Positions 7,855 to 17,052 of a stretch of 43,904 bases of DNA are shown here, one piece after another. This DNA comes from a virus. Its lineage: Duplodnaviria; Caudoviricetes. The stretch spans positions 1-43,904 of IMG/VR virus record IMGVR_UViG_3300032024_000001; one strand, given 5' to 3'. Within the stretch, counting starts at the first letter, position 1, and each line of letters begins with the position of its first letter. The position numbers and the translations under genes are program-made. The notes under the pieces were generated by a model. It worked only from the letters and a program-made list of their open reading frames with translations. It did no database searches and had not been told where the DNA came from.

Positions 7855-8659
7855 AGATGAAGCATTACATAAAGCATTAAAGGTTCTAAACTGTTTAAAC
7901 AACGGCAGGGTATATGAAACCGCATGGGTAAAAGGTGCAATCAACGCTTGTGAAGAAGCATTAGAACAGGAAGAACGTACACAACGCACAATGCACTGTG
8001 GCACTGCTGATGCTTTTATCGCAATGGATGATGACCATAAACGTAGATGGTTCGTGCAGTCATTAAGAGAATCAAAAAGACGTAAAGAATTAGAAGATAT
8101 ATTAGAACAGCCAGCACAAGAACCTGTGGCGTGTATGTTTGTAAATAATGATGGCGAATGTGAAGAACACATGAGCTGGGCAGAAGGTTTAATTCTACAA
8201 CTACCTATAACCCATGATGGTAGAAACTCTTGGCTACTTAATCATGGCAAAGACTTACAAGCGGAATGGTTGCGAAATAATCACGCTAAATTACAAGAGC
8301 TTTCATCAGTAGAGCATACTGATTATTTAACTAAATCATTACAGTCAATTGTAGATAAATCAACCTGTCCGAATAAGCCATTGGCAGACCAAGCCGCCAC
8401 TATTGCACAGCTACAAGAAAGCGAAAGCAACTTAAAATCACAGTGGATGTACTACCAAGACCTATTATCACTAAATGGCTTTGACGGCATAACTGACATC
8501 ATAGTTAAATTTAAACAGCTACAACTCGACAATGCGAAGATGTGTGAGGCTTTGGAAGATATTTCTAAAGCAAATCACAGCTCTGCAAAGTGTGGTCAAA
8601 CAGACTATTCAAACTATGCCCATGCTATTGAACAGGCATTAAAGGAGAAGAATACATGA
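7847..8659 (+). CDS. Mosaic hypothetical protein
   Basis: Start revised to 7847 (or 7844) after SD GGAGG; QPAQEPVA linker and coiled-coil segments. Confidence 0.7.
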   Translation: MSKDEALHKALKVLNCLNNGRVYETAWVKGAINACEEALEQEERTQRTMHCGTADAFIAMDDDHKRRWFVQSLRESKRRKELEDILEQPAQEPVACMFVNNDGECEEHMSWAEGLILQLPITHDGRNSWLLNHGKDLQAEWLRNNHAKLQELSSVEHTDYLTKSLQSIVDKSTCPNKPLADQAATIAQLQESESNLKSQWMYYQDLLSLNGFDGITDIIVKFKQLQLDNAKMCEALEDISKANHSSAKCGQTDYSNYAHAIEQALKEKNT

Positions 8660-8946
8660 CTAAACAACATAAATGGCACAAAGAAATAAAAGCATGGGCT
8701 GAGGGTGCAGAGATTGAATTTAAAGAGTTAGGTAAAGAGGAATGGAACAATGATGATGACCCTGAATGGTGTGACCCATCTTTTGAGTTCCGCATTAAAC
8801 CACAACCTAAAGAACCACAGTATTTGTATGTTTATTTTGGCAGTCGGGGACTTGGGTATCATCATTTTGTTTCAATGACTAGTCCAAAATATATGAAGGA
8901 ATATAAATACTGTGGCAAATTTGAATTGGAGAGCGAATATGAATGA
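8656..8946 (+). CDS. Hypothetical protein (HKWHKEIKAWA family, copy 2)
   Basis: SD AAGGAG; paralog of 7564..7854. Confidence 0.8.
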   Translation: MTKQHKWHKEIKAWAEGAEIEFKELGKEEWNNDDDPEWCDPSFEFRIKPQPKEPQYLYVYFGSRGLGYHHFVSMTSPKYMKEYKYCGKFELESEYE

Positions 8947-9100
8947 TGCTTTAGAAATACTTGATGACTTAGATACAATATTAGCTATGCATGCTATTAG
9001 CAATGTAGAGTTAATAGCTATTATTCAAGAGTATGTAGAACAAAAACGTATAGAGTGTGCCCCTATTACTAATGCTAAATGGGAGTGTGCATGTGGCTAA
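8939..9100 (+). CDS. Hypothetical protein
   Basis: ATG 8939 after GGAG, coupled to neighbours. Confidence 0.6.
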   Translation: MNDALEILDDLDTILAMHAISNVELIAIIQEYVEQKRIECAPITNAKWECACG

Positions 9101-9308
9101 GTATACAATAGTAATGTTTCCTGATGATACTTATGGAGTGCAACGCAAATCTCTATTTAATAAAAGTTATTTAAGTACCTATAATTTTGGAAATTGGTAT
9201 GAAAATACAGATTATATTTATGAGCACTGTAGGTTCACTACTTTAAAAGAAGCTGCAAATGCCTTACTATTTGTTGAAGGTAATTTTTTAGAAGGGGTTA
9301 AAGAATGA
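9093..9308 (+). CDS. Hypothetical protein
   Basis: Likely GTG start at 9093 after GGGAG. Confidence 0.55.
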   Translation: MAKYTIVMFPDDTYGVQRKSLFNKSYLSTYNFGNWYENTDYIYEHCRFTTLKEAANALLFVEGNFLEGVKE

Positions 9309-9499
9309 GATGTCAAGCGTGTGATTGTGAACTAAGTGACTATGAAGCTACTCGAAAAGATTCTCATGGAGTCTATCTAGATCTTTGTAGTGACTGTTAT
9401 TTTACTGTGCGGGACGAAGTTCCAAGCACAGCTCGTAAAGATTTAGAGACAGTTGTTTCCATTGTTTCGGAGGAGATACCAGAAATTAGTGGAACTTAG
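9305..9499 (+). CDS. Small Zn-finger protein
   Basis: CQAC...CSDC; directly upstream of the primase. Confidence 0.75.
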   Translation: MRCQACDCELSDYEATRKDSHGVYLDLCSDCYFTVRDEVPSTARKDLETVVSIVSEEIPEISGT

Positions 9500-9508
9500 G
9501 AGAAGTTC

Positions 9509-10210
9509 ATGACACAATTCATTAAACATTTACCTTGTCCTAGGTGTAATAGTAAGGACAACTTAGCTGAGTATGACGACCATTTCTTTTGCTTTGGTTG
9601 CAAGTATACTAAGCAGAAGAATGACATAAAGTCAATACGTGAGAAGGTAGAATCACGAACGTCTCTGCTTAATGTGGTTAACGATGTTCGTTCTCCTACT
9701 CTAACTTATGATTTACCTAAGGAAGCAAAGCAATGGTTGTTCAGTTATGGCATTACAAACGATGAAATTACTAACTCTAAAATGGGGTGGGATGTGAAGA
9801 ACCAACTACTAGTTTTACTTAACATGCCTCAGTATTGGCAAGGTCGTAGCTTCATGAAAGGTAGACCTAAGTATTCCTCTTACGGCAGAAAGCCCTTGAC
9901 TTATTATGGGATGAGTGATACTATAGTATGTGTAGAGGATGTACTATCTGCAATCAAGATAGCTAGACTCTCACCATCTTATTGTGCTACACCTTTGTTA
10001 GGTTGTAGTATGACCAAAGAGACTATACAAACGCTATCTAAACGATTTAAGAAGGTCATCCTGTGGCTAGATAGAGATAAAGCAAAAGAAGCGTTACGGA
10101 TATCGAAGGAGTTTAAACAACGTGGAGTTCCAAGTTGTATTGTAGTTTCTCCAGAAGATCCGAAAGAATACACGAAGGAGGAATTAATTGAATGGTTGAA
10201 AAACAAATAA
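9509..10210 (+). CDS. DNA primase (Zn-binding + TOPRIM)
   Basis: CPRC...HFFCFGC; VED and WLDRD TOPRIM motifs; EDPK. Confidence 0.9.
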   Translation: MTQFIKHLPCPRCNSKDNLAEYDDHFFCFGCKYTKQKNDIKSIREKVESRTSLLNVVNDVRSPTLTYDLPKEAKQWLFSYGITNDEITNSKMGWDVKNQLLVLLNMPQYWQGRSFMKGRPKYSSYGRKPLTYYGMSDTIVCVEDVLSAIKIARLSPSYCATPLLGCSMTKETIQTLSKRFKKVILWLDRDKAKEALRISKEFKQRGVPSCIVVSPEDPKEYTKEELIEWLKNK

Positions 10211-11430
10211 TAAATTTATTCATGAGGGATAGAAAAGACTTTACAAAGTATTACAAGTATGTTAATATTAACTATATCAAGAACAACTATGTTAACATCT
10301 ATAAAGTCTTTAACGTTCTCTCAATCTATTACTCTAAGTACTCTACTAAAGACAACTGTAGCGTAGAGGATCTTGAGTTATGTTACTTGAGTAATTATCT
10401 TTTGCAGGACTCTGAGCGTAAGGAACTTAGAGAATTACTAGAATCTATCTTTAGTCTTGAGGTTAACGTTGAGGCTGTGATCTCTCTTCTAGAAGAACAT
10501 CGTCGACGTTCTCTCGCTGGAGACATCGCTAAGATGGCTCTAGATGTAGAGGATGGTAGGAGTCCAGTAGATGATTTACTTTCTCTGTTCTCTCAGTTTG
10601 AGTTACAAGAGGTAGAAGATACTTCTCCAGTAACTGTCAACATGAATCTTGCAGAGTTATACACCTCTCAAGTAGCAACACCTGGTCTACGTTGGAGACT
10701 TAAGTTCTTGAATGAATCTTTCGGTTCTCTTCGTAAGGGTGACTTCGGGTTTATCTTTGCTAGACCTGAGACTGGTAAGACTACCTTCCTTGCTAGTGAG
10801 ATCTCTCACATGGTAGAACAAACAGATGGTAACATCTTGTGGTTCAACAATGAGGAGCAGGGTAACAAGGTTGGTATTCGTTGCTTCCAAGCTGTCCTAG
10901 GTATGACTACTGATACTCTATGGAGTGACCTAGAGCGCAATCAGAAGGTGTATGACATGAAGACTAAAGATCAGATTAAGATCTACGACTTCGAAGATTC
11001 ATCTAGCATCCAACGCATCGAACAGATTCTTAAGACAACTAAACCTGCTCTTATCATCTTCGATCAGATCGATAAACTCAAAGGCTTTAAGGCAGAGAGA
11101 AAGGACCTTGAGCTTAAGGCTATCTATCAATGGGCTCGAGAGATCGCTAAGACATACGCTCCTGTCATCGCTGTATCTCAAGCTTCAGGTGAAGCAGAAG
11201 GTAAGACTTGGTTAACGATGGATATGGTTGATGGCAGCAAGACTGCGAAGCAAGGCGAAGCTGACTGGATCTTAGGCATTGGTAAGGAATCAGATAACAC
11301 AAGTAGATTCAGGTACTTTAACATCTGTAAAAACAAACTGTTAGGTGACTCAGATACTCTTCCTGAGAAACGACATGGCAGTGCCAAGATACTAATTAGA
11401 GCCGAAGTTGCTCGTTACGAGGACCTGTGA
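10192..11430 (+). CDS. DnaB-like SF4 replicative helicase
   Basis: ARPETGKT Walker A, IIFDQ Walker B, VSQA, KNK. Confidence 0.92.
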   Translation: MVEKQIINLFMRDRKDFTKYYKYVNINYIKNNYVNIYKVFNVLSIYYSKYSTKDNCSVEDLELCYLSNYLLQDSERKELRELLESIFSLEVNVEAVISLLEEHRRRSLAGDIAKMALDVEDGRSPVDDLLSLFSQFELQEVEDTSPVTVNMNLAELYTSQVATPGLRWRLKFLNESFGSLRKGDFGFIFARPETGKTTFLASEISHMVEQTDGNILWFNNEEQGNKVGIRCFQAVLGMTTDTLWSDLERNQKVYDMKTKDQIKIYDFEDSSSIQRIEQILKTTKPALIIFDQIDKLKGFKAERKDLELKAIYQWAREIAKTYAPVIAVSQASGEAEGKTWLTMDMVDGSKTAKQGEADWILGIGKESDNTSRFRYFNICKNKLLGDSDTLPEKRHGSAKILIRAEVARYEDL

Positions 11431-12593
11431 TGAAAGAACTTGTACTAGATGTAGAGACTACGATCTCTAACAAAGGTAATCCATTCGATCAGACTAATAG
11501 ATTATGCTATGTTGGAATTAAAGGGGAGAGATTTTCTGACCTATTTGACATTGAATACTCATTAGATCCTTATGTTCCTGAACTTGAGAAAATTCAATTA
11601 CTAATAGATCAATCAGATATCTTAATTGGTTTTAATATTAAATTTGATTTGCATTGGATAAGACGATATGGAATTAATTTTAGCACTAAGCGCATTTGGG
11701 ATTGTCAGCTCGTTCACTTCATATTATCTGGACAGACGACCAGCTATCCCTCACTTAACGGGGTGGCTGCTCATTATGGTCTGGGTACTAAGCTTGACGT
11801 GGTTAGTACTGATTACTGGAAAAATGGTATTGATACCCCTGATATCCCAACTGATATCTTAGAACCTTATCTACAGGGTGACCTTGACCTAACATATCAA
11901 GTCTATCTCAAACAGTTAGAAGAGGTTAAGGCTAGTAGCTTACAACTACAGCGACTAATCAGTTTACACAACCAAGATCTATTAGTCCTACAAGACATGG
12001 AATTTAATGGACTACTTTATAATGCAACAAAAAGTGAGGAGTTAGCAAATGAATTGGATGCACAAATCATCGAGTTGGATAACGAGTTGTATCAGTACCA
12101 TAACTGTGATAGCTTTAATCCCAATAGTGGCGATCACCTTAGCTGTCTACTTTATGGTGGAAGTATTAAGTTATCTCGCAAAGTCCCTGCTGGATTTTAC
12201 AAGACAGGTGCTCGTAAAGGAGAACCAAAAGAAAAGTGGGAAGACTACCAAGTAGAACTACCTAGGTTGTTTACTCCACCTAAAGGTTCTGAGTTAGCTA
12301 AAGAAGGTTACTTCTCTACTGATGAGTATACACTTAAGTCACTCAAGAGTAGGAACCAACACTCTCTCAAAGCCATACAGACACTACTCACTAGGTCTGA
12401 CTTAGAGAAGAGGGTATCAACATACTACAGAGGCTTACTCAAGTTAGCAGCTGAACTTAACTGGAAGGAGAATAAGATACATGGACAACTTAATCAATGC
12501 GTTGCGAGGACAGGTCGATTGTCGAGCAGTAAACCAAACTTGCAGAACTTCGACGGAGGAATCAAAGGGTTATTCTACTCTCGCTTTACTTGA
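11427..12593 (+). CDS. polA: Family A DNA polymerase, N-terminal half (3'-5' exonuclease + thumb)
   Basis: DVET ExoI, FNIKFD ExoII, YLQGD ExoIII; TGRLSSSKPNLQN near the C-terminus. Confidence 0.9.
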   Translation: MMKELVLDVETTISNKGNPFDQTNRLCYVGIKGERFSDLFDIEYSLDPYVPELEKIQLLIDQSDILIGFNIKFDLHWIRRYGINFSTKRIWDCQLVHFILSGQTTSYPSLNGVAAHYGLGTKLDVVSTDYWKNGIDTPDIPTDILEPYLQGDLDLTYQVYLKQLEEVKASSLQLQRLISLHNQDLLVLQDMEFNGLLYNATKSEELANELDAQIIELDNELYQYHNCDSFNPNSGDHLSCLLYGGSIKLSRKVPAGFYKTGARKGEPKEKWEDYQVELPRLFTPPKGSELAKEGYFSTDEYTLKSLKSRNQHSLKAIQTLLTRSDLEKRVSTYYRGLLKLAAELNWKENKIHGQLNQCVARTGRLSSSKPNLQNFDGGIKGLFYSRFT

Positions 12594-12645
12594 TGCATAC
12601 GAGAAAGATGTATACCTTGAACGCTTATGGGAGGACTTATACTAG

Positions 12646-13359
12646 ATGCTACTAAATGCCGATGCAAAACAATTGGAATGGATAGGAGCCACATACTTAA
12701 GTCAAGATCAAACAGCTATCGAAGAGATTCTTAATGGAGTAGACCAGCATGCAGACAACCAACAAAGATTTGGACTACCAAGTCGACTTATTGCTAAAAC
12801 GTTCGTGTTTCGACTCATCTACGGAGGATCAGCGTACTCTTATGCGAATGATCCTAACTTCTCAAGTATTGGAGATGAAACGTTCTGGCAAGGAGTCATC
12901 GATCAGTTCTACGCAAAGTACAGTGGACTAAAGGTATGGCATGAGCAGTTACTAGAACGAGCTATGCGTGATGGTCGTATCGAGATGCCTACTGGTAGGG
13001 TCTACAAGTTTGAACCTGAGGTTAAGTATGGTAAGGTTAAGTTCCCTCGTACTAAAATCTTAAACTATCCAGTACAGGGCTTAGGTGCAGACCTTATGGC
13101 ACTAACTAGGGTGTCACTTCGTAACAGATTAAAAGATAAAGAAGGAGTCTTTATGGTCAACACAGTACATGACTCAATTTTGCTTGACTTTGATCCTAAA
13201 GTATGGGATAATATTAGTCTAGTCAGGTTAGTTACAAACTGTTTTAACGATGTACCACTTAACTTTAAAAAGATATTTGGTTCGGAGTTCAATCTACCTA
13301 TGAGGGTTCAGTGTGAAGTTGGACCTGACTGGGCTAACATGGAGGAAGTTAATGCTTAG
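12646..13359 (+). CDS. polA: Family A DNA polymerase, C-terminal half (palm/fingers)
   Basis: Motif A DAKQLE, motif B RLIAKTFVFRLIYG (Phe at the E. coli 762-equivalent position), NYPVQG, motif C VHDS; own SD GGAGG. Confidence 0.92.
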   Translation: MLLNADAKQLEWIGATYLSQDQTAIEEILNGVDQHADNQQRFGLPSRLIAKTFVFRLIYGGSAYSYANDPNFSSIGDETFWQGVIDQFYAKYSGLKVWHEQLLERAMRDGRIEMPTGRVYKFEPEVKYGKVKFPRTKILNYPVQGLGADLMALTRVSLRNRLKDKEGVFMVNTVHDSILLDFDPKVWDNISLVRLVTNCFNDVPLNFKKIFGSEFNLPMRVQCEVGPDWANMEEVNA

Positions 13360-13642
13360 AATTAAAATTATTGATGTAGGTACCCCTAGCTCTCATCAAT
13401 CAGCTAATGGCTTAGAATATCAAGCTATAGAAGTTATCTTCAGGGATAATGAGGACCAAGTCTTATCTAAAAGATTATTCTCTTTCAGAAATAAGAATGT
13501 GTACAAAGCTGCGAGTAGTTGGACCAAGGGTACCGTAATAGATATTGTAGACGAGGCTGACGCTAAAGGCTTTACTCAATGGGTTGACTTTGATTTAGTG
13601 CAACCTTCAAAGAGTGGAGAGGATGACGATGTTCCCTTCTAG
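13352..13642 (+). CDS. Small beta-rich protein with an SSB-type acidic C-terminal tip
   Basis: Start revised to ATG 13352 (SD GGAGG); ends GEDDDVPF. Confidence 0.7.
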   Translation: MLRIKIIDVGTPSSHQSANGLEYQAIEVIFRDNEDQVLSKRLFSFRNKNVYKAASSWTKGTVIDIVDEADAKGFTQWVDFDLVQPSKSGEDDDVPF

Positions 13643-13723
13643 TAAGACTTGGATCACAGTATTAGAAGTAGTTACTTGTATTCACATTATTGTAAATGTA
13701 TATCATCACTGGAGTATTTAAAT

Positions 13724-14128
13724 ATGGCAATTAAAATTAAAGCAAAGTTGTTCTGGGCTCAACTAAACGAACCTAACGAAATGTCTGGTAAGTATCAAGT
13801 AGACTTAGCTAACCTAAGTGCAGATGCTGTCAAAGAGTTAACTGCTCTAGGTATCAATGTTAACAAGCGAGACGATGACGAGTATGAACGTGGTCACTAT
13901 ATTACATGTAAATCAACCTACCCAATCAAAGCTATTGATGGTGATGGTGTACCTATTTCTACTGATGTTCGTATTGGTAACGGTAGTGAAGCTATTGCCG
14001 TTGTGGATTCTTATGAGTGGAAGTTCAAAGGTAAGTCTGGTAAATCACCTTCTCTTACTACCTTAGCAGTTACTGATCTTGTTGCTTATGAAGCAGCTGG
14101 TTCTATCCCTGAAGGAGCAGCGGTATAA
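13724..14128 (+). CDS. Phage ssDNA-binding protein (gp2.5/DUF2815-like)
   Basis: Start revised to 13724 (SD GGAG); KLFWAQL...GKYQVDL...IGNGS pattern; sits in the replication module. Confidence 0.7.
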   Translation: MAIKIKAKLFWAQLNEPNEMSGKYQVDLANLSADAVKELTALGINVNKRDDDEYERGHYITCKSTYPIKAIDGDGVPISTDVRIGNGSEAIAVVDSYEWKFKGKSGKSPSLTTLAVTDLVAYEAAGSIPEGAAV

Positions 14129-14847
14129 TGATAGCCCTTATAGATATGGATCTTGTTTGCTTTCGTAGTGCAGCTAGTGCTGAGAATGAGTCAGTAGGCA
14201 TAGCCATATCTAGGATGAATGACCTGTTCGATAACATTCTTACTAAGGTAGGAACTACATCTTACAGGGCATTCCTCACGGGACCTAACAACTTCCGTAA
14301 GACTATCAATCCCTTGTACAAAGCTAACAGAACAGCTCCTAAGCCTCGACACTTATCTGCCTTGCAAGACTATGCAGTTAAGAAGTTAGGGGCTGAGTGG
14401 GCTCCTGATACTCTAGAAGCAGATGATGCTATGTCTATTCACCAAGATAAGGTGGGAGGTACTACAACTATCTGCTCTCTAGATAAGGATATGTTACAAG
14501 TTCCAGGGAAACACTTTCAATGGGCTATCGGCACACTTAGTTGGTCTAAACCTGATAACTTTGTAGAACAAACAGAGTTAGAAGGTCTTCGATTATTCTA
14601 TGAGCAATGTATTAAAGGAGATACTTCTGATAACGTTAAAGGAATCAAAGGTTTAGGTGAAGCTAAAGCTAGGAAACTTTTACAAGGTTGTAAGTCTGAG
14701 CAAGAGATGTTTGACATCGTGTATCAGCTTTACCCTAATAAGAATGACTTCTTAGTAGATTCACAGTGCCTATGGCTTTTACGTCACGAAGGAGATAGCT
14801 TTGCTACTCGATATGAGACATTACTAAATGCCCAAGTTCAAGAGTAA
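14128..14847 (+). CDS. 5'-3' exonuclease (T7 gp6/FEN-like)
   Basis: LIDMD, NFRK, YKANR, EADD, DKD, GDTSDNVKGIKGLG. Confidence 0.92.
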   Translation: MIALIDMDLVCFRSAASAENESVGIAISRMNDLFDNILTKVGTTSYRAFLTGPNNFRKTINPLYKANRTAPKPRHLSALQDYAVKKLGAEWAPDTLEADDAMSIHQDKVGGTTTICSLDKDMLQVPGKHFQWAIGTLSWSKPDNFVEQTELEGLRLFYEQCIKGDTSDNVKGIKGLGEAKARKLLQGCKSEQEMFDIVYQLYPNKNDFLVDSQCLWLLRHEGDSFATRYETLLNAQVQE

Positions 14848-15214
14848 GTTAGAAGAAAAGGTTTGGAATTCATTAATTAAAGAATATCCTTCTGTTCAAT
14901 ACGAACCAACTAGGATCAAGTTCACACAACCAGTACAAGATAGAACCTATACTCCAGACTTTAAAACAGATTCGAGTAAAGAGATTTATCTTGAGGCTAA
15001 AGGGTTACTTGACCTAGAGACTCGTAAGAAGATGATATGGTTTAGAGAATGTAATCCAGACATCAGAATAATAATGTTATTCCAGAATGCATCTAATAAG
15101 TTACACAGAGGTAGTAAAACAACTTATGCAATGTGGGCTGAACTTAACAACTTTGAATGGCTTGACTTTAGAAAGGATTGGTTAAATGCGTATAGAGAAT
15201 TGTGTTCGCAATGA
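14828..15214 (+). CDS. Endonuclease I-like Holliday junction resolvase
   Basis: FKSKLE, YEP, YTPDF, EAKG, YAMWAE. Confidence 0.9.
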   Translation: MPKFKSKLEEKVWNSLIKEYPSVQYEPTRIKFTQPVQDRTYTPDFKTDSSKEIYLEAKGLLDLETRKKMIWFRECNPDIRIIMLFQNASNKLHRGSKTTYAMWAELNNFEWLDFRKDWLNAYRELCSQ

Positions 15215-15383
15215 AGAAGATGGTAGCTTGGACTTTGACTTCAATGTTACTGAAGCTGAAGCTGGGTTCCTTATGGACCATGCAATCAAGAACCTAGTGT
15301 TCAATGGTATCATCAAGATTCAAGAATCAGATGTACAACAAGAGTTAGATTTATTTAAACAAGAGGGAGGAATTCCATCATGA
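15186..15383 (+). CDS. Hypothetical protein
   Basis: 65 aa, SD AAGGA, coupled to neighbours. Confidence 0.7.
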   Translation: MRIENCVRNEEDGSLDFDFNVTEAEAGFLMDHAIKNLVFNGIIKIQESDVQQELDLFKQEGGIPS

Positions 15384-15520
15384 GTTCACCTAGAGAACCT
15401 TTTGATGATGTAGATATTCCAGAGGATCTACCAGAAGATTCAGATACAGCTGATGAATGGGATGAAGATCGGATTGATAACATAGGTCAGAATGGTAACG
15501 ATGGAGATCACTATGGGTAA
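15380..15520 (+). CDS. Small highly acidic protein (46 aa; not in ORF track)
   Basis: SD GGAGG, ATGA coupling; MSSPREPFDDVDIPEDLPEDSDTADEWDEDRIDNIGQNGNDGDHYG. Confidence 0.75.
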   Translation: MSSPREPFDDVDIPEDLPEDSDTADEWDEDRIDNIGQNGNDGDHYG

Positions 15521-16292
15521 ACGTATTATGGTAATACCTGATACACAAATTAGACCTGGAGATGATCTTTCTTTCCTTGATGCTATTGGTCGTTATGCAG
15601 TAGAGATGAAGCCAGACATCATTGTTCACCTAGGTGACTTTGCTGATATGCCTTCTCTCTCTTCTCATGATAAGGCTGGTAGTAAGTCAATGGAAGGTCA
15701 GCGTTACAAAGCTGATATCCAAGCTTCTAAAGATGCAATGAAGGTTCTGCTTTCGCCCGTAAGGGCGGAACAGAAGCGTCTAACTGATACTAAGAGAGCT
15801 AGATGGAAACCTCGTCTAGTTATGCTTGGTGGTAATCATGAGCATAGGATCAATCGTGCTATCCATAACGATCCAAAGCTTGATGGTTTAATTTCATTAG
15901 GAGATCTTGAGTATGAGAAAAGTGGCTGGGAAGTTATTCCGTTCCTTCAACCTATTGTTATTGAAGGAATTGCGTTTTGTCACTACTTCGTCAGCGGAGT
16001 TATGGGCAACCCTTGTACTACTGCTCGTATGCTTCTACTTAAGCATCATCAGTCTTGCATAGCTGGACATCAACAGGGACGTGACATTGCTTACGGTAAA
16101 CGTGCTGATGGTACTGAGATGACTGCTCTTATTGCAGGTAGTTGTTATGAGCATGAGGAACACTATCTCAATCACCAGACTAACAATCACTGGAGAGGTC
16201 TCTACATTCTACATGATGTTAACAATGGTTCTTTTGACGAAATGCCTGTAAGTTTGAAATATTTAAGGAAAAAGTATGGAACTAGCAATTGA
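15513..16292 (+). CDS. Calcineurin-like metallophosphoesterase
   Basis: PDTQ, LGDFAD, GNHE, FCHY, GHQQ motifs; start revised to 15513. Confidence 0.88.
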   Translation: MGKRIMVIPDTQIRPGDDLSFLDAIGRYAVEMKPDIIVHLGDFADMPSLSSHDKAGSKSMEGQRYKADIQASKDAMKVLLSPVRAEQKRLTDTKRARWKPRLVMLGGNHEHRINRAIHNDPKLDGLISLGDLEYEKSGWEVIPFLQPIVIEGIAFCHYFVSGVMGNPCTTARMLLLKHHQSCIAGHQQGRDIAYGKRADGTEMTALIAGSCYEHEEHYLNHQTNNHWRGLYILHDVNNGSFDEMPVSLKYLRKKYGTSN

Positions 16293-16494
16293 TAAACAAG
16301 TAGGTGGTGATCACTATAAAGATTTTATAATTCAACCAGCTTATTTCTGTCATGTAAACAATATACCTTATTTAGAAGCAACAGCTATTAAGTATCTTTG
16401 TCGATGGCGAAAGAAAGGTGGTAAACAAGATCTAGATAAGGCTATCCACTTCATTGAGTTACTGAAGGAGTTTGAAATTGCTAACTTTAAGTGA
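16276..16494 (+). CDS. DUF3310 family protein
   Basis: QVGGDHY...IKYLCRWRKKGGKQDLDKA. Confidence 0.85.
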   Translation: MELAIDKQVGGDHYKDFIIQPAYFCHVNNIPYLEATAIKYLCRWRKKGGKQDLDKAIHFIELLKEFEIANFK

Positions 16495-16681
16495 ATTAAA
16501 AGAAAAAGTAGTTGAACAAATGAGTGAATTTGATGTAGTTGATCTGCTAGGATTGACTACTGAAGACATAGTTAATGCGTTTGAGGACAAACTATTAGCT
16601 AAGTATAACTATTTGATTAATGAGCTTGAGTTAAGTGGTTCTAATGACTTTGATAATGAAGATGATGAATACTTAGACTAA
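16472..16681 (+). CDS. Hypothetical acidic protein
   Basis: SD AAGGAG; VVDLLGLTTEDIVNAFED; acidic tail. Confidence 0.7.
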   Translation: MKLLTLSELKEKVVEQMSEFDVVDLLGLTTEDIVNAFEDKLLAKYNYLINELELSGSNDFDNEDDEYLD

Positions 16682-16685
16682 AAAT

Positions 16686-16762
16686 GCCCTGATAGCTCAA
16701 TTGGATAGAGCAACGGATTTCTACTCCGTAGGTTGGGGGTTCGACTCCCTCTCAGGGTACCA
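16686..16762 (+). tRNA. tRNA-Arg (anticodon UCU)
   Basis: Acceptor GCCCTGA/TCAGGGT, D-loop TAGCTCAATTGGATAGAGC, anticodon arm ACGGA-TT TCT AC-TCCGT, GGTTCGA T-loop, encoded CCA. Confidence 0.95.
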
Positions 16763-16788
16763 ATTAATACAACAAAAGGAGATGTTAA

Positions 16789-16980
16789 ATGAGTACAAAT
16801 GACGTAACTGGTGATCGTTTAGTAAGTAAAATAGGTGGTAAAGCTTATGGTGATAACTTTGATATGATCTTTAGGAAGCAAGTCGAAGATCTAGATAGTA
16901 CGGCAGTAGACATGGAAGATGCTGCAGTCTGTCACAATCAAATATCAGATGAAGAACTGTTCAGCTCTAAAAAGAAGTAA
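16789..16980 (+). CDS. Hypothetical protein
   Basis: SD AAGGAG; NDVTGDRLVSK...YGDNFDMIF. Confidence 0.75.
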   Translation: MSTNDVTGDRLVSKIGGKAYGDNFDMIFRKQVEDLDSTAVDMEDAAVCHNQISDEELFSSKKK

Positions 16981-16986
16981 CATAGT

Positions 16987-17026
16987 ATGGGGGGAACTGA
17001 CTCTTCCTCCCATTAATCTCTATAAT
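16987..17026 (+). promoter_or_regulatory. Hairpin overlapping a possible promoter upstream of nrdJ
   Basis: ATGGGGGGAA/TTCCTCCCAT stem; CTGACT-18 bp-TATAAT. Confidence 0.4.
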
Positions 17027-17052
17027 GTACCAAATAACCAAGAGGATAACTA

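Noticed and set aside
12588-12655. T4 gene 60-style ribosomal hop or an intron rejoining the polymerase halves
   Set aside because: Downstream ACT codons matching the take-off codon are out of frame, a TAG directly precedes the second ATG, and ~50 nt is too short for a self-splicing intron
16981-17052. Cobalamin riboswitch before nrdJ
   Set aside because: Only ~70 nt with one hairpin; no B12 box seen
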